A stretch of 64,000 nucleotides of DNA from Podarcis gaigeae (lineage: Eukaryota), in the NCBI GenBank assembly GCA_964106915.2, contig OZ066924.1, one strand, 5' to 3'. Position 1 is the first letter of the stretch, and each line of letters starts with the position of its first letter. The position numbers and the translations under genes were made by a program. This document shows positions 24,895 to 38,283 of this stretch, piece by piece. Below the pieces are notes generated by a model. The model saw nothing but the letters and a program-made list of their open reading frames with translations, did not search any database and had not been told where the DNA came from.

Positions 24895-26137
24895 CTAAAG
24901 AAATGCAAGCAGACAAACCAGTAAGAATTTTGCAATGTTCACTTTGATGGAAAGCCCATTTACATGTGAACCAAAATGCAAAATCTAACCAACATGGAAC
25001 ACAGCAGTCACAAGCCTATACTCGATGTATACGAGTGAAGGGGCTATCAAATACAGCAGAAGCCTTGTGACAGTGGCACAACATCAGATAGGCCACTGTC
25101 AAGGTAGCTATGCTGGAACAACATCTGGAATACACTGATAGAAGAGCCTGCCAGTGCAGCCACAGTGCCAAAGAGGCACCTGCAGAATAGTTAAAATGTG
25201 TTGGAGTTGTGAGTGGAACTGGGGAAGCACAGAGCAGCATCCCACTTGTGCTGTATCCTGCAGACCAGTCACAAAGACCTGACTAAAGGAATTTCATCCC
25301 ATTGGATTTGATGAGGGGAGAAATAACTCTAATATAATATCTGTCTGCAAAAAACCCAACGCCATCATACACACATTGGAATAACATAGTATAGGATATG
25401 ATGCAAGTCAGCACCCAATCACAGTGCACCCACTGCAGTATATAAACCCGACAAATTAATACCATAACCTAGATGACAGGGCACACAGTATGGAGCTATC
25501 CTTCTCTGGCCTCCAGTCCTGCCTACTTAGAGCTCAGAAGGGCAAACTCTATTGAGAGGAACTGTGGAGAAGAGCACTGCGTAAAAAGTGAGCACTTTGC
25601 ACAAAGCAGCACAAGTAAGGACTTGAGCACATAGGTACCCAATAGGTACATTTTTTGTTGTTGTGGGTGTAATTGTTATTAGTCCCCTGTGCATGTTGTG
25701 ATCCAAAGTTGTGCTTGTGAGCAGCACAAAGGGATTCAAACCAGGGACTCCCAATAGTGGGGTTACTGCTGTCATGGGGTGAAGGGGCACTATGGAGTCA
25801 CTATGTGTGCTGTGATGCAGGCAAGAGTTCTAAGGTCTTTTCCCAATTGTCATGGTTCATTAGTTACTTCTGTGGTTGCAAGTGCCATGTGGACATCATT
25901 GGCACAGTTCCTGCTGGTGGACACTGGAGGTTTACATGACTGATGCAGTCATAACTGCTTTTTCATGCCATTTGGAGATTTGTCATAGTGTTGTGTTTTC
26001 CCCTCCCTTCTTTGGCCTAGTCTATAGAGGACACAGAGGGTATTACCCTCGCATAGCAGCAGCATATTTTCCCCTCCCATTCCATATAATGAGAGTATAG
26101 GATTGCTCAGCTGGGAGGGAAAAAATGTAGTTCATAC

Positions 26138-26276
26138 CTGTATCAGTACGATGGCAGCAGACTGCCTGTCTTTCATGGTCAACATTCCTGATACCTCAGC
26201 AAATTTCTTCTGATCGGGTGGTGTTATATTCCAGAAGACAGTGACCTCTCCAAAAATCCCTGGCCCACGTACTAGG
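26138..26276 (-). CDS. ADGRV1: ADGRV1 exon (~62)
   Basis: 139 nt; LVRGPGIFGEVTVFWNITPPDQKKFAEVSGMLTMKDRQSAAIVLIQ. Confidence 0.93.
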
Positions 26277-27910
26277 CTGCAGGCAATGACAGGAGCATGG
26301 TCAGGTTTCAAGTTTGATTTCATGGTTTTGGCTCTCCCTTCAATTTCAAACACTGCAGTCAATCCTAAACAGATCTTTCCCCTGTCTTCAAATAAAGCTG
26401 CAGCAAATTATTGGGTTTTTTTAAAATGGGAAAACTGTGTACTGAAACAGCCGTTTCTTGGATCTCTGAACTCATGTGAATTGTCACAAAATATATTGTT
26501 GTTTATTGTTTATTTAATTTCTATACCACCCTTCATCTTAAGTTCACAGGGAGGTTTACAACATATATAGGTACTTAAAATTTATTCATATGTGGCTTGG
26601 TGTATCAAAATCTGACCTGCAGCTGCATGGTATGTGAACTCCTGGGTATTCTGAGAGTGCTTCTGGACACCAGCTTCTCTAACAATCATAAGAAGCACCT
26701 GTTATCATAAGCTTTTGCAGCTAGGCTGTGGAAGTGGCGGCGGTCAAAACTGTTACTTCTCACATGTTGAGATAAGTAGTGGGTTTGGTCTAGCAGCACT
26801 CTGGAAAGGGATCAGAACACTTGACATCTCATGTGTGGTATTTGCTTGGCATGCCGGCATGCTGGTCACCCACCAAAATATTATGATAACTAGAGAAGCA
26901 TTGGGAAAAACTCTGAGATTTCCCAGTCTAATTGAAAGCATAAGTGATGACTCCTCCCATAGTTAATTAAAATTAATTAAAGCTTTCACCAGATGGTGGG
27001 AATCTCAGGACCAAAGTAAACTTGCATTTATTGCACAGTTTACCTTTGCATAGTTCATTTTTCTTTAACAAATACTTGGCTAGGGAGGGGGCACACAGCA
27101 GTTCAGGATTGTGGTATGGGAACAGAGACGCCAATGAGAGCAAACTGCATGACAGACACTGCAAATAGTTTAGCTCTTTTTGGAAATATATTCCATAAAA
27201 TAATCAAAATATTTTATTTGGATTTGGATATAATTGTGTGTGCATGTCCTAACTTTGAGAGCCAATGATGTGAATGGAAACTACTAGAATTACTTGAGAT
27301 TTCTACAAATGAGATTTCTATAAATGACAGGGTTGTGACATTTTGACAAGGTTAGGGCATTAAAAAACCCCATAAAGCTGCAAATTGCTATAAAGCTTCT
27401 CATTCTTCTTGTTGCTCAACATTGGAAGGACCTAAAGGGTGACACATTAGCTAATTGGCATAAGACAGTTTGGCAAGTTGATATGTTGGGAAAATTAACA
27501 AATAATCTGCATCTGGCTAAAGGAACAAAATGTAAAAGTTATTTTGTGACAGATTGGCCCTGTTTTATTGTTTATGCAAGCAAACAGGGGATACAAAGGC
27601 ATCTTCTAGCAGTGTGCAAAATGTTTTAGACTTGGATTTTGATACTTTTGAATAGGCTATACTGACAGATTAAAGTTTTTTGGTTTTTTATTGTTTTACA
27701 TTTGGCTCCCCTTGTTTGCTGTGTGAAATGAGGAGATTAACTGTTTTGTCCTGTTAAAATTCTGCTCATCAAAAATTTAAAACCTAGAAGAAAAGAAAGC
27801 TCCATATATACAGCAGTGGGATCTACTTTAAGGCAAATCTACGTTGACACATATTTATAGATTGCAACAGTGTTTTACAATGAATGTAGATATCTCAGAG
27901 ATGTATCTAC

Positions 27911-28034
27911 CCAATAAAAGCTGTCCCATTGTACTTTCCTATGGGCTCGCCAATCAGGATATGGGTGGATGATGAAGCTATCCCAACAATCCCAGAAGCT
28001 CCCAGGTCTCCCAGTACAGTGATGGTTGCCACAC
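27911..28034 (-). CDS. ADGRV1: ADGRV1 exon (~61)
   Basis: 124 nt; GVATITVLGDLGASGIVGIASSSTHILIGEPIGKYNGTAFIG. Confidence 0.92.
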
Positions 28035-28789
28035 CTGTGAATACAAAAAAAGTTTCCTAATTAAAAAACAAAAATCACTGACATAACTGATTAATCTTTA
28101 CTCTGTTTTCTCTTTGGATGAAAACCAGAGGGGCTTACACATACAAAAGAAAGACATTTTTCGCAAGGCCCTCATGGCATTGGGTTGTATCCAATGGCTT
28201 TATTGGCCTATCTGTAGATAAGGGAGGGAAGCCACACATACCATGCAGCCACACACACGCCCTGGGGAAAAAAACCTGCAGAGATTTGAGGTACCTTCTA
28301 CAGCAGAATTAGGGTGGCTTAGGGGGCTGCATGAAAGAAGGGAATAACAAAAAACAGCTATCCTCTCAGCTCCACTGACAGAAGCATTTGGTAAGCTGAG
28401 TGACTTTGCTGAACAGAACCCACAGCTGAGTTTTCATTTAGTTCTCACTATTGCCACAGTCAAACTTTTTTTTGGGGGGGGATGTAAATTTGCCACTGTG
28501 AAACACTAAAGTTAGGCTCTGCAATTAAATTGTAAGGCAATCCTTGTTATCACCACTTGTTCTATAAAGTACCATTAGTTTATTTTTCAGTTTAATTTAT
28601 TTTACATGCTAATTGGCTGAGACAAACAAGAGCTTTAGTGCTCAGCAGTTAATAAGTTTGTTTGCAAGGCAAGAACTCCACTGAGTGCTGAGAGGTCAGA
28701 AGGAAATTTATTGCAGGTGTTCAGAACGCAGTTTTACATTTCTACTCTGAATACCAGTTCAAATTAAACCTTATTTTCATAGGAGTAGA

Positions 28790-29075
28790 GTAAGTCGCCT
28801 TATACTGAGACATATCATTGGTCCATCTAGTTCTGTATTGTCTACAGTGACTAGCAGCGACTTTCTAGGCTTTTAGATTAGGGCATAGCTGTCAACTTTT
28901 CCCTTTTCTTGCAAGAAATCCTATTCAGAATAAGGGAATGTCCCTTTAAAAAAGGCAAAAGTTGACAGCCATGGATTGGGGTCTCTCTCAGCCCCACCTG
29001 GAGATGTCATTCTTTCAGCCTGGGACCTACTGCATGCAAAGCAGATGTTCTACCAGTAAGCCACAGCCTTTCCCT
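28790..29075 (-). mobile_element. tRNA-derived squamate SINE, interrupted by a MITE
   Basis: Minus-strand head gggaaaggctgtggcttactggtagaacatctgctttgcatgcagtaggtcccagg; 3' part ctagatggaccaatgat...cagtataaggc. Confidence 0.6.
28884..28973. mobile_element. hAT-type MITE nested in a SINE
   Basis: TIRs CATAGCTGTCAACTTTT / AAAAGTTGACAGCCATG; 8-bp TSD gattaggg/gattgggg. Confidence 0.8.
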
Positions 29076-29462
29076 CTTAATTTCAGGAGGGACAAAGTAT
29101 GTTAAAACACAACACAATTTCTCCCTTGAGAACTCAGGTATCAGAATAATAGCTAATGTGAGTTTCAAGTTCAAAACACAGCTTGACCAAAACACATGTT
29201 TTTAATGGCCTCATAAACATTGATTTACTTGGTCAGTAAAATACTTTATCTTAATGTTGGGGACAGAGAGCCACCTAATCAAATCCACTCCTTAATTCTA
29301 CCCAAATTTACCCAAATTATGCCACTCTGTAACCTTTTACAAACAGCAGGTAAGGAGAAAGCCATGAAAGCAGGCCAGCTGGACCCCCATGGCCTCCCTG
29401 TAATTCAAGCACTTATCGTCTTTGGACATTCAGTGGAAATGGCTTTCCCCCCTTATGTTTAC

Positions 29463-29580
29463 CATTTATTGGTGAGATCTCTGTGCCATCAGTAGAGACC
29501 AGTTGAATTGTGTAACTTTCATCACCTTCCAACAGACCATCTTGAATTGCTTGCAAAACTATGGTTTTTTGGGATTCCAT
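29463..29580 (-). CDS. ADGRV1: ADGRV1 exon (~60)
   Basis: 118 nt; MESQKTIVLQAIQDGLLEGDESYTIQLVSTDGTEISPIN. Confidence 0.92.
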
Positions 29581-30116
29581 CTGTATTAGAATGGAGCAGA
29601 CAATAGTTCAACTTACAGCTGTCACTTAGTATATTAACAGAAGAGAATGTACCTTCAGTTCTAAGCAAAATTTACCATATCTAATTAATTAAACAACATT
29701 CTGACAAGACAGATTTAGCCTCTCAGGTGGCTCCTTGGTGAAGCAGAAGGTGTCTAATTACGAATGTAGAAAATGGACTCCTCAGAAAAAATGTAGCAAT
29801 GACTCATTTGGAACAGAAGTTGTCACCCCTTCTCTAGCAGCAGTTAAAGCCAGACCAATCTCACTACAGGTGATCTTGAATAAATCTTCCTGCTTACTTT
29901 CTGAGTCAAATTAACTGTGCAAATAGTGCACCACGTTGGGGCCAAACAACACAACAATTTGTCTCTATAAGTATGGCTGATTCAGGGGTATTTAGGCATG
30001 TTCAGGACCTCCTATAGAAGATTGTTTTCTTCAGTTCCATGACCCTCAGATAGACTGGTAAATGGATACACAAGCATCAAAGAAAAAAGGGAAATGGTAG
30101 AAAACAGTAGGTTTAC

Positions 30117-30281
30117 CTCAGCAAAGAGAAGAGTCCCATTGAGAGGAGTGAGATCATATTTAGCTGCCTCCTCTAGTATCCAAATGAGCCGAACTTCCCC
30201 CTTGCCTCCTTCACTCCGACTTACAGTAAGAAACACATTTGCGGCAGGATCATCAATTGACTGGGGCTCCTTCACGGTTAC
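30117..30281 (-). CDS. ADGRV1: ADGRV1 exon (~59)
   Basis: 165 nt; VTVKEPQSIDDPAANVFLTVSRSEGGKG...NGTLLFAE. Confidence 0.93.
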
Positions 30282-32194
30282 CTAAAACAACGAAGGCAAG
30301 AAAAGGTTAGAGCAGATATGTCACATTTTGCACATATGGAGGCTAATGTGGGAAAATAAGTGGAAGTCACACACACACACACACACACAAACCAAGGACC
30401 TGGTGTCCAAAGAAAGACAGCACTAACATCCTCTAAGTACCACACATGGAGTACTTGATCCAGTACTGGAACCCCCAATACAGAACCTAGAGTCAGATGC
30501 ACAGATCCAGTGCCGGGAGGGAACTGTATAGAAGCAGCAGCCAACTTCTTTGCACATACCAGCCTCTCTAGGTTGAAACTAAAACATCTATTTGCTCTCT
30601 ACACTCAACATTCTGATTCGTGACTCATACTTCCTACTTCTTTTATTTTATTTTTTCAAGTGGGTGGGAAACATACAAAATACTAGTATTTGATTCAACA
30701 GAACAATCATTCAGCAAAACCCATCAACAGAAATGTTACAGTGTCATATGGACATAACCTAGTGTCCTTCCTGCGCAACAGTCTCCTAGCAACCACAGGC
30801 TTGAGGATGATCTGAAACATGCCTATCTTAAAAACCTGCTTACAAATAACATCCTTTCTCTGGTACTGAACCTGGCTACTATGTGCATCTCTAACAATAA
30901 AGCTATCTAGGTAAGGAAGCAAACCAAAGATTAATGAGGCTCTGTGTTGGAACACTGGAATACATGGAAATCAAAGAAGCAATTTTGAAATTCAATTTAC
31001 AGAGAAAAATCCATTTTTTAAAAAATACCATACCATATGCAAGCAATTTTGCTACTTTGTCTTATGTGGAGAGTTTGCCTCTGAAAAATGAAACCAGTTT
31101 AAATGCCCAAAATATAAACCTGGCAACTTTGCTCATGACACTTTCCATCACCTTTGGCCTAAAGTAGCCACTGATTCATGCAACACAGTAAGCCAAACTA
31201 TGGTTTAAGAAGACTGTGTGAATATGCAGGCACCCAGACAGGAGTGTGCAGCCATTTTGCTCCTCCCCCATTTTTTCTACTGTTGCACAATGGGGAGCTA
31301 AGCTCCTCATGGTTAGTGTGGAGAGAGCTTAACCATGACGCACAAAGCCGAACCTTTGATTAGCTCAGTGTGATACAGCAGTAAAAGAACCAGAGTGGAG
31401 CAAAGCAGCTGTGAGCATCTTCCCCCACCAAGCCAACACATTTGCATGGTCTTCCTAAGCCACAGCGTGTTTTGCCGTGTTGTGCAAACCAGCTCATTAT
31501 CAGTGAAAAGTTAAGACCTAAGAAATGATGCCCTCCTCTAACAATATGTACTGCAATTTACTTTGTGTCATGACATGATCAAACTTTGTGTCTCCCCAAG
31601 CCCTTTCTACATCATTGGCAGGGGCAAAGAGTCACCCAGGGGCGTGAGACAAGCTGTACTAAATTGTGGTGGAGGAGAAACTCAGCGGCAGGCTGCCATG
31701 TTTTCTGTAGCAGCTAGTTTTGCTCTCAGCCCCAGAGGTAGGTTTGTAGTTCCTAAAGAAATATTCCTAATAGAATTACGGAAATAATAAATTTAAAATG
31801 ATTAAAGAATAAAGGAAGGCTATATAGCCTCTGGACTCGTGAGATATGGAGACAAGGAATGGAGGCAGCCCCACAGCTGACATACTGTGTTGACTGGCAG
31901 AACAACTTCCAGTTTACTTGAAAAACATGCAAAAGAAGAAGCTCTTCCCTTTCTCAGCCACATGCTTTCTTGTGGTAAATGAGCTGCCATTTCAAGATCC
32001 AAGGCTTTACATTTTAGTCTTGTTATACAACAACAGCACTTATAATATGTATACATTATAAAAGTTTTATAAAATGTAAGTAGTTTTGTTTGGATGGGTG
32101 CTTCATTCAATATTTCCCTGACATTTTTAAGTAATTGGTGATTCAATAGCTACAGAACCAAGACCACACAAACATTCCCAATTGTACCACTTAC

Positions 32195-32374
32195 ATGCTT
32201 TTCTTCAAACCCAAATACGCCAACAGGAGAGTCATTTGGTGGAATAGTGACAGTCACTTGCACATCCTCCCCTAATCGGGCACCACCTGTCACTCTGACT
32301 AAAGTGACAGTGAATATCTCTAAAAACTCAACAAGGTCATCATCTATGATGGTGATCTCTATCACTCCTGTCAC
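32195..32374 (-). CDS. ADGRV1: ADGRV1 exon (~58)
   Basis: 180 nt; VTGVIEITIIDDDLVEFLE...PPNDSPVGVFGFEEKH. Confidence 0.94.
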
Positions 32375-32932
32375 CTGGAAAAACAAAACAAAACTCTATG
32401 AAATAGGTGACATATATCATTATATGATGAGCATGCTGCGACTTAGACAATACAATCAGTGAATGGCACCCTGCCATAAATCCAAACACAGAGAGTATAC
32501 AGTCCTTGTTGAAACCAACAAGTGTATGTACCAGGTGCTTTAAAAAATCCTAAAGGAAGATTAAACATTCTGCACTGACCTTTGAAACCTGTATAAAACT
32601 GTGTTTGCTTTTGGGGTACATTTTTACGTTGCTATATTCCCTATGTCTATTCCCATAGACATAGGGAATATGCAGGGGGCCTTTCAAATCCCTTTCAAAT
32701 CTTCCATACAAATTGCACATGAAGAATGAAAAGCTGTGAATATGTGAAGGATGATGCTGTGCCTGTGTTCTATTTTGTTTTTTAAAGAGAGGAAACGTGA
32801 CGGGCATGTGATGGGACTGTCACATGATTAACTGCATTCATCATGTGAAGAACATAGTCATGAAAACATAGAAACTAAGGAGTACAAGATGATCTAAAAT
32901 GTTGTGAATTTTTGCATCAGCATACTCCATAC

Positions 32933-33115
32933 TTCTCCATCAGCAAATGTTAGGTTCCCGGATGACGGCGTGAAGTCTTCCAGGCTAGCAGTGGCAGGTG
33001 TGGCTTCCCAATACAGATTTACTGATCCAAATTTTCCTGCCCCTCGAGCAACTGGTAGCTTCAGAACATTATCTGGTGGAGGAACTTCAAAGCCAGCTAC
33101 CATTCCACTCATATC
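32933..33115 (-). CDS. ADGRV1: ADGRV1 exon (~57)
   Basis: 183 nt; DMSGMVAGFEVPPPDNVLKLPVARGAGKFG...LTFADGE. Confidence 0.94.
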
Positions 33116-33857
33116 CTGGAAAGAAAGCAGTATTTTAAATTCAGCTTGGGACAGTTATTCAGAGCACTATAATGATTTCATTTCTGACATAGAAAAGCCG
33201 GGATATCAAACCATGGTTTGAAGTTGGTTTTAAAATCTGGCATGTTCCAAGCCTAGCAGCCGTAGCTTTCCTGGTTCAGATGAAACAGGAAACAATGGTT
33301 ATTTATAGATTTTCTTGTTTAATTGTAGGCCTGCTCCCATGTTACACTGTACAAGCTATCTCTGCACATGTACAAGTGTTTGTGTGAAAAAGCATACACT
33401 TGTTGATTTTTACATGTCAACTGCTGAGTGCATAGGTGCACAGACTATACACTTGCTGAATGCTGCATGTGAATAATTGTATGACTGCACAGCTCAGCTA
33501 TTTGGGGACACAGACTGTGAACTCAAATGTACTCGTGACTTGGGCAAAAGGTAGAACAAAGAGGTCGCATGTGTGGTTGAAAGGCTAGTGCAGAGGTGAT
33601 CAATGTGGGGACCTCCAGATGTTGAACTCCAGCTCCCATCAGCCCCAGACAACATGACCAATGATCAGGGATGATGAAAGAAACATCTGTGGGACACCAC
33701 ACTGGCATCCCCATGGCAAGTGATATCTCAGCTTCTTAAGCTGAGATATAAAATGCCCCAATCAGCCCAACCATCTACAAACAAAGTCAGTTTCAGATTA
33801 CTGAGACCAAGAATAACGACAGCATGGGGGCATTGACATTTTTCAGTTTGTTCTCAC

Positions 33858-34034
33858 CTTGGCAGCACTGAAATAAAATATTCCTCTAGGATCATCATTC
33901 TCTTCAATTGTTATCTCAGCTATTTCTAAGCCAAGTCTTTTCACACTTGGCCCTCCGCCAGTAAGGGATGAGTCCAGCAACTGTACACTGCTAATATTGA
34001 TTACAAATATCTCCTGTAATTCTGGAATGTTATC
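33858..34034 (-). CDS. ADGRV1: ADGRV1 exon (~56)
   Basis: 177 nt; DNIPELQEIFVINISSVQL...EENDDPRGIFYFSAAK. Confidence 0.94.
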
Positions 34035-34261
34035 CTGTCGGGGTGGAAATGACAAATGGAAAGGTGGAATGTGAATCTCTCAAATACTGGGGCTGTAACA
34101 AAATGGACACACTCTTCCCCCATTCTTTTGCCTATGAAAATATTGCATTGCAATTGCATCTTATTATTGTATATGTAAATTGCCCTTGCAAAGTATAAAG
34201 GCCCCATCACACTTATATAGAGATAGCATTTTGGCCATAGTACTTGACTCTAGGCCTAGTT

Positions 34262-34444
34262 CAGTGGTTCCCAATTAGCTAAGTACTGCGGACCCCCTGT
34301 TTTTCAAAAGCCAAGCCATGGACCCCCTACTTTTGGCAATTTTGATATCTCTGTGGTAGTTTTTGTTGTGAATGCTGCCACAGACCCCCTGAGTGGGTTA
34401 TGTAAACTCCCTTGGGTCCACAGACCACCAGTTCAGAACCACTG
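34262..34444. mobile_element. hAT (Charlie-like) MITE
   Basis: CAGTGGTTC...GAACCACTG; perfect 8-bp TSD gcctagtt. Confidence 0.85.
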
Positions 34445-35304
34445 GCCTAGTTCATACATCACCTCAGTCCAGTCTCAGTGAGCAGAAACCAAGGCGGTAA
34501 TCCTATGCATGGGAGTAAGCGCTATCAAACAGAGTGGAAACTATTTCTGAGTAATCACTGCAGCATGAAAATCTCAGCAGTTATAAACCATACATTCAAA
34601 GCACATTGATTCTCCCAAAGAATCCTGGGGATGGCAGTTTACCCCTCAAAGAGCTATAATTCCCAGGATTCTCTGAGGGAAGTCATGTGCTTTAAATATA
34701 TGGTGTTTACAAAGTCTAGGACTCCAAACAGTAATGGGTGCCCTGACCCAACTGTAAACAAGAATTGGGCAGCTGGTTTAGGAGTCCAGTCAAATAAATT
34801 AGAATAAACATTTTCTTCTATTTTGAGCTTTGTAAACCTGGCTGAATTTTAGAACGTGTGTTATCAAAGTGCATCTTGAGAACATAGGATTGTATCCCAT
34901 ATTAGTCATAAAATTAAGGGTATGGCTAATTGTGTTCTGTTAATTTCAATGGGCCTGCTCTGAGCAGAACTTGTTTAGATGCAATCTGTAGGGCACTGAT
35001 TGTGAACTTTGTTTCCCATCATGGCCTCATGCATCACAATGCATCCTCCCACACTCTTATCACATGTGCTTCATGTACAAATGAAGTAGATCAACAGAGC
35101 ACAGACAGAGGCGGCAGCTGTGGAGTAACAAGCAACAGAAGTGAATTTGCCTATTTGCTAGATGATCTGGCATGATGCATCTTTTGCCAGTCATCAGAAC
35201 TGTCATTTACTAGGCCCAGGAATGTGGGTAGAGTTTGGCTGCTTAGTCACATCAACCATGGAGAGCTACATGAGTGAAGGAAAAAGATATATTAAAATAC
35301 TCAC

Positions 35305-35507
35305 TGGCAAAATGACTACATTTACTGAAGCCATTGTCACGTTCGCTGGCATAATAATGGTCTTGTTTTCCAACCTATAATCCTCATTTTCACTGGCTTG
35401 ATTGACAAGCGGGATTGAAAAAATGGGCTGGGGGATCAACTGCACACTGATATCACCAGCAAATCCTTGTTCTCTAAGAACATGTAAAGTAACAATGGTG
35501 GGTTTCT
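35305..35507 (-). CDS. ADGRV1: ADGRV1 exon (~55)
   Basis: 203 nt; EKPTIVTLHVLREQGFAGDISVQL...ASVNVVILP. Confidence 0.93.
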
Positions 35508-35548
35508 CTGAAAAGATTGGAGAAAAAACTTGTAATAAAGTTTTAAAA

Positions 35549-35551
35549 TAT

Positions 35552-35594
<43 letters not shown>

Positions 35595-35789
35595 TTGTTA
35601 CATTTATATTCCACCCTTTCTTCAAAGAGCTAAAGGTGGCACACACACAACACACCTGTCAAGTAGGTTATGATGAGAGACATTAGCTGGCCCAAAGTCA
35701 CTCAGTGGGCTTCATGACAGAGGGGTGATTAAAACCCTGGTCCCCTAAGTCCTACTCCAGCTCTCTACCATTACCCCACATTGGATCTC
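35549..35789 (-). mobile_element. MIR-like tRNA-derived SINE with (AAAT)n tail
   Basis: Reverse complement of the family at 42687; (TTTA)n at 35549-35596. Confidence 0.6.
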
Positions 35790-35946
35790 TTACCCAACAT
35801 GTCTTTGATATAATTTCTGAAACAGAATAAATTTATTTTCTTCTAGTTCAGTGAGTTACAACTGCAGTGGAAGCATTTCTTGGAGGTGAGGGAAAATGAT
35901 CGAAATCTGGGGCTAGTAGCACTTTACAATTCAAAGCTATATTGGT

Positions 35947-36028
35947 CAGTAAAGCAAACTGAGTGCCGCAACCCCAGAGTTGTTCGTGACTGGACTTAAC
36001 TGTCAGGGGTCCTTTACCTTTACCTTTT
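35947..36028 (+). mobile_element. 5'-truncated Sauria SINE
   Basis: gcaaccccagag...gactgg...caggggtcctttacctttacctt tail; flanks tattggt/tatcggt. Confidence 0.7.
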
Positions 36029-37185
36029 TATCGGTACATTTGATTCAACTCAGTTTTATTCTGGTTGGTCCTTACAAGAACCAAGTAACTAAGAAGTGGT
36101 GCCAGAGTTTGATTCCACCATGCTCCAGCCCCTTTTCTGTTTGTGTCATATGCTTCAGATTGTAAGCCTAAAACAGGGACTGCCTTATCCCAGGCTGTTC
36201 TGGAGTTTTCTTCAGCTGAAGAGTGGCATTAAAATGAATACAACAATATATTTACTTAAAATAAAACAACAGTTGAAATAACAGAACACACTGTGATGCA
36301 ATGAATCAGCAACAAATGTTGGGATCTGCCTTGCTTTGCTCCCTTTCATTATATCACAACTTGAAAAGCATCCAGCGGGGCTAACTGAACAGCAACGACT
36401 CATTCAATAAATTACATTTAAAAAACTGCATCAACAGGGCCAAGGAAATCTGCCCAATCTGGACATGACTGAAAGCAAATTTAGATGGCTAAAACACGCG
36501 AGGCCAAGCCCTGTGCTACAGCAGAGGGTGGAAATATTTTGCAAAGCAAGCCTCTTAAGGTGTTTTGTACTCGGGCACAAGTACAAAATGCACACATGGA
36601 GAATGCAGAGATAATACTGTACATTCTCTTTTTAAAATATACGGATCTCACTGCTATATCACTGCATCTCAAAGGTGTGGGGTTTTTTAAGTCATTTGGC
36701 AGAAAAAAATACTAAGAGGACTATCTTAACTTTTCCCGTCTGCCAGTGAACAGGAGCACCAGTAGATAGTGGGCTCCACCACTGTGGAAGCCTCGGCTGC
36801 ACCAAGGTGAGCTGACAGCTATGGCCAGCATTTTCCCCACAGATGAAAGTCCCCAAACTTTCTGAGGCAAGGAAGGGGCAGGTTGATGGCAACTTTGGGT
36901 CCTCAGGCTCTCCTCAGGGCTGATGTAGTGAGGACAAGGGAAGCAACAGCTGGCACAAGCCAATAGGTGGATGTACTTCTTTCTTCCCGGCCCCCAATCA
37001 AGACTGCTCTGTAAAGCTGAACTGTTCTCATAAAGAGATCTGGAAATATTTTTAATTACCTGCCCATCACCAGCAGGTCCCAGGATGGGTTACAGCAATT
37101 TAAATGTTGATATTAAAACTGGTTAAAACAAATTACCATCACAGGAAAATGTGCTTTTCACAGGAGGATCACAGAATTGACTCAC

Positions 37186-37441
37186 CTTCAGGTTCCGCTA
37201 CTTTAACAAAGAGAGAGTCTGTATGCCATCCTACTGTGCCGTAAGGAATGTCATTAGGCAAAATGGAAAGTACAGCTTTTGCTCTGTTTGGATCAATGGT
37301 GGCTCCAATTTTGGGATCCAGAACTCCCATAGTGCTGACACGAGTAAGAGTTATAATCACAGTCTCTGCAACTTCAGGAATGACATCTGCAAGGACTGTT
37401 AAGGTGATTGTGGACAAGGCTTGACCTTCCGAAAATGTAAT
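37186..37441 (-). CDS. ADGRV1: ADGRV1 exon (~54)
   Basis: 256 nt; ITFSEGQALSTITLTVLADVIPEVAE...KVAEPE. Confidence 0.94.
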
Positions 37442-37910
37442 CTAAAGATTTTGAGGAGGAAATATTTAAAAGAATGTTTTAAAAGTAGCCTAGGATAAAA
37501 CATTGATTCAGAAACTGTAGATTGAATTCAACTAAGATCTACTCAGAGTAGATCCATTGAAATGAATAGGCTTAAATTAGGCATGTTGCAGATTGTACAT
37601 TTGCTCATGCAAGAAGTAGTTCATGATTTAGGCTGGTTTGTTCATATCCCATATGGTCTCATGCCCCTCAGGAGCTCATAATGGCTGCATTTGCTCACAA
37701 TGGAAACCAAAGTGCATTTCAAATGACCAAGTCATTATCCATGACATCATAAATCAATATAAGAAAACTTTTTCTCCTGTTAATCTGTCAGCAAACATGA
37801 TTTTTAGTGCTTACATATGCAACTTAGTAATTAATTAGATTACTTGTATACTAGTAATTAGAGCTTTACACATTTTCTGCAGCTAATATTCAGCTTGACA
37901 AAATACGTAC

Positions 37911-38057
37911 CACCCCTGAAGTTGGAAATATATCGTTACTGCTCCCATGGGCCTCCCACTGTACTGTAACACGCCCATAGGTACTTATTAAGCGTTCAAC
38001 ATTCAAGGTGATCAAAGTGTCCTTTTCCATTTCTTCTACTTGTTTAAATAAAGAATT
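37911..38057 (-). CDS. ADGRV1: ADGRV1 exon (~53)
   Basis: 147 nt; NSLFKQVEEMEKDTLITLNVERLISTYGRVTVQWEAHGSSNDIFPTSGV. Confidence 0.93.
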
Positions 38058-38283
38058 CTAAAAAATGTACAAATGAAATAGAAAAGCATGTGAGCAACTT
38101 CAACAGGAATGCATAAAAAGGTTACAGCTAAGTAGCATGGGGGGACGGACGGACTTGATTCTTCATATTTAATTTCCAAATCAATATATAAGGAGTTTTA
38201 CATACACATTAACTTCATGTTTTAAAATAGTCCAAGTTCTCATATGTTTCAGGAAAGGCGTGTTCTCCTTCATGGAGAGCACG

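Noticed and set aside
25740-25880. Weak Gypsy integrase-like peptide (HDNWEKTLELLP) on the minus strand
   Set aside because: Too short and interrupted by a stop; it cannot be distinguished from chance without a search.
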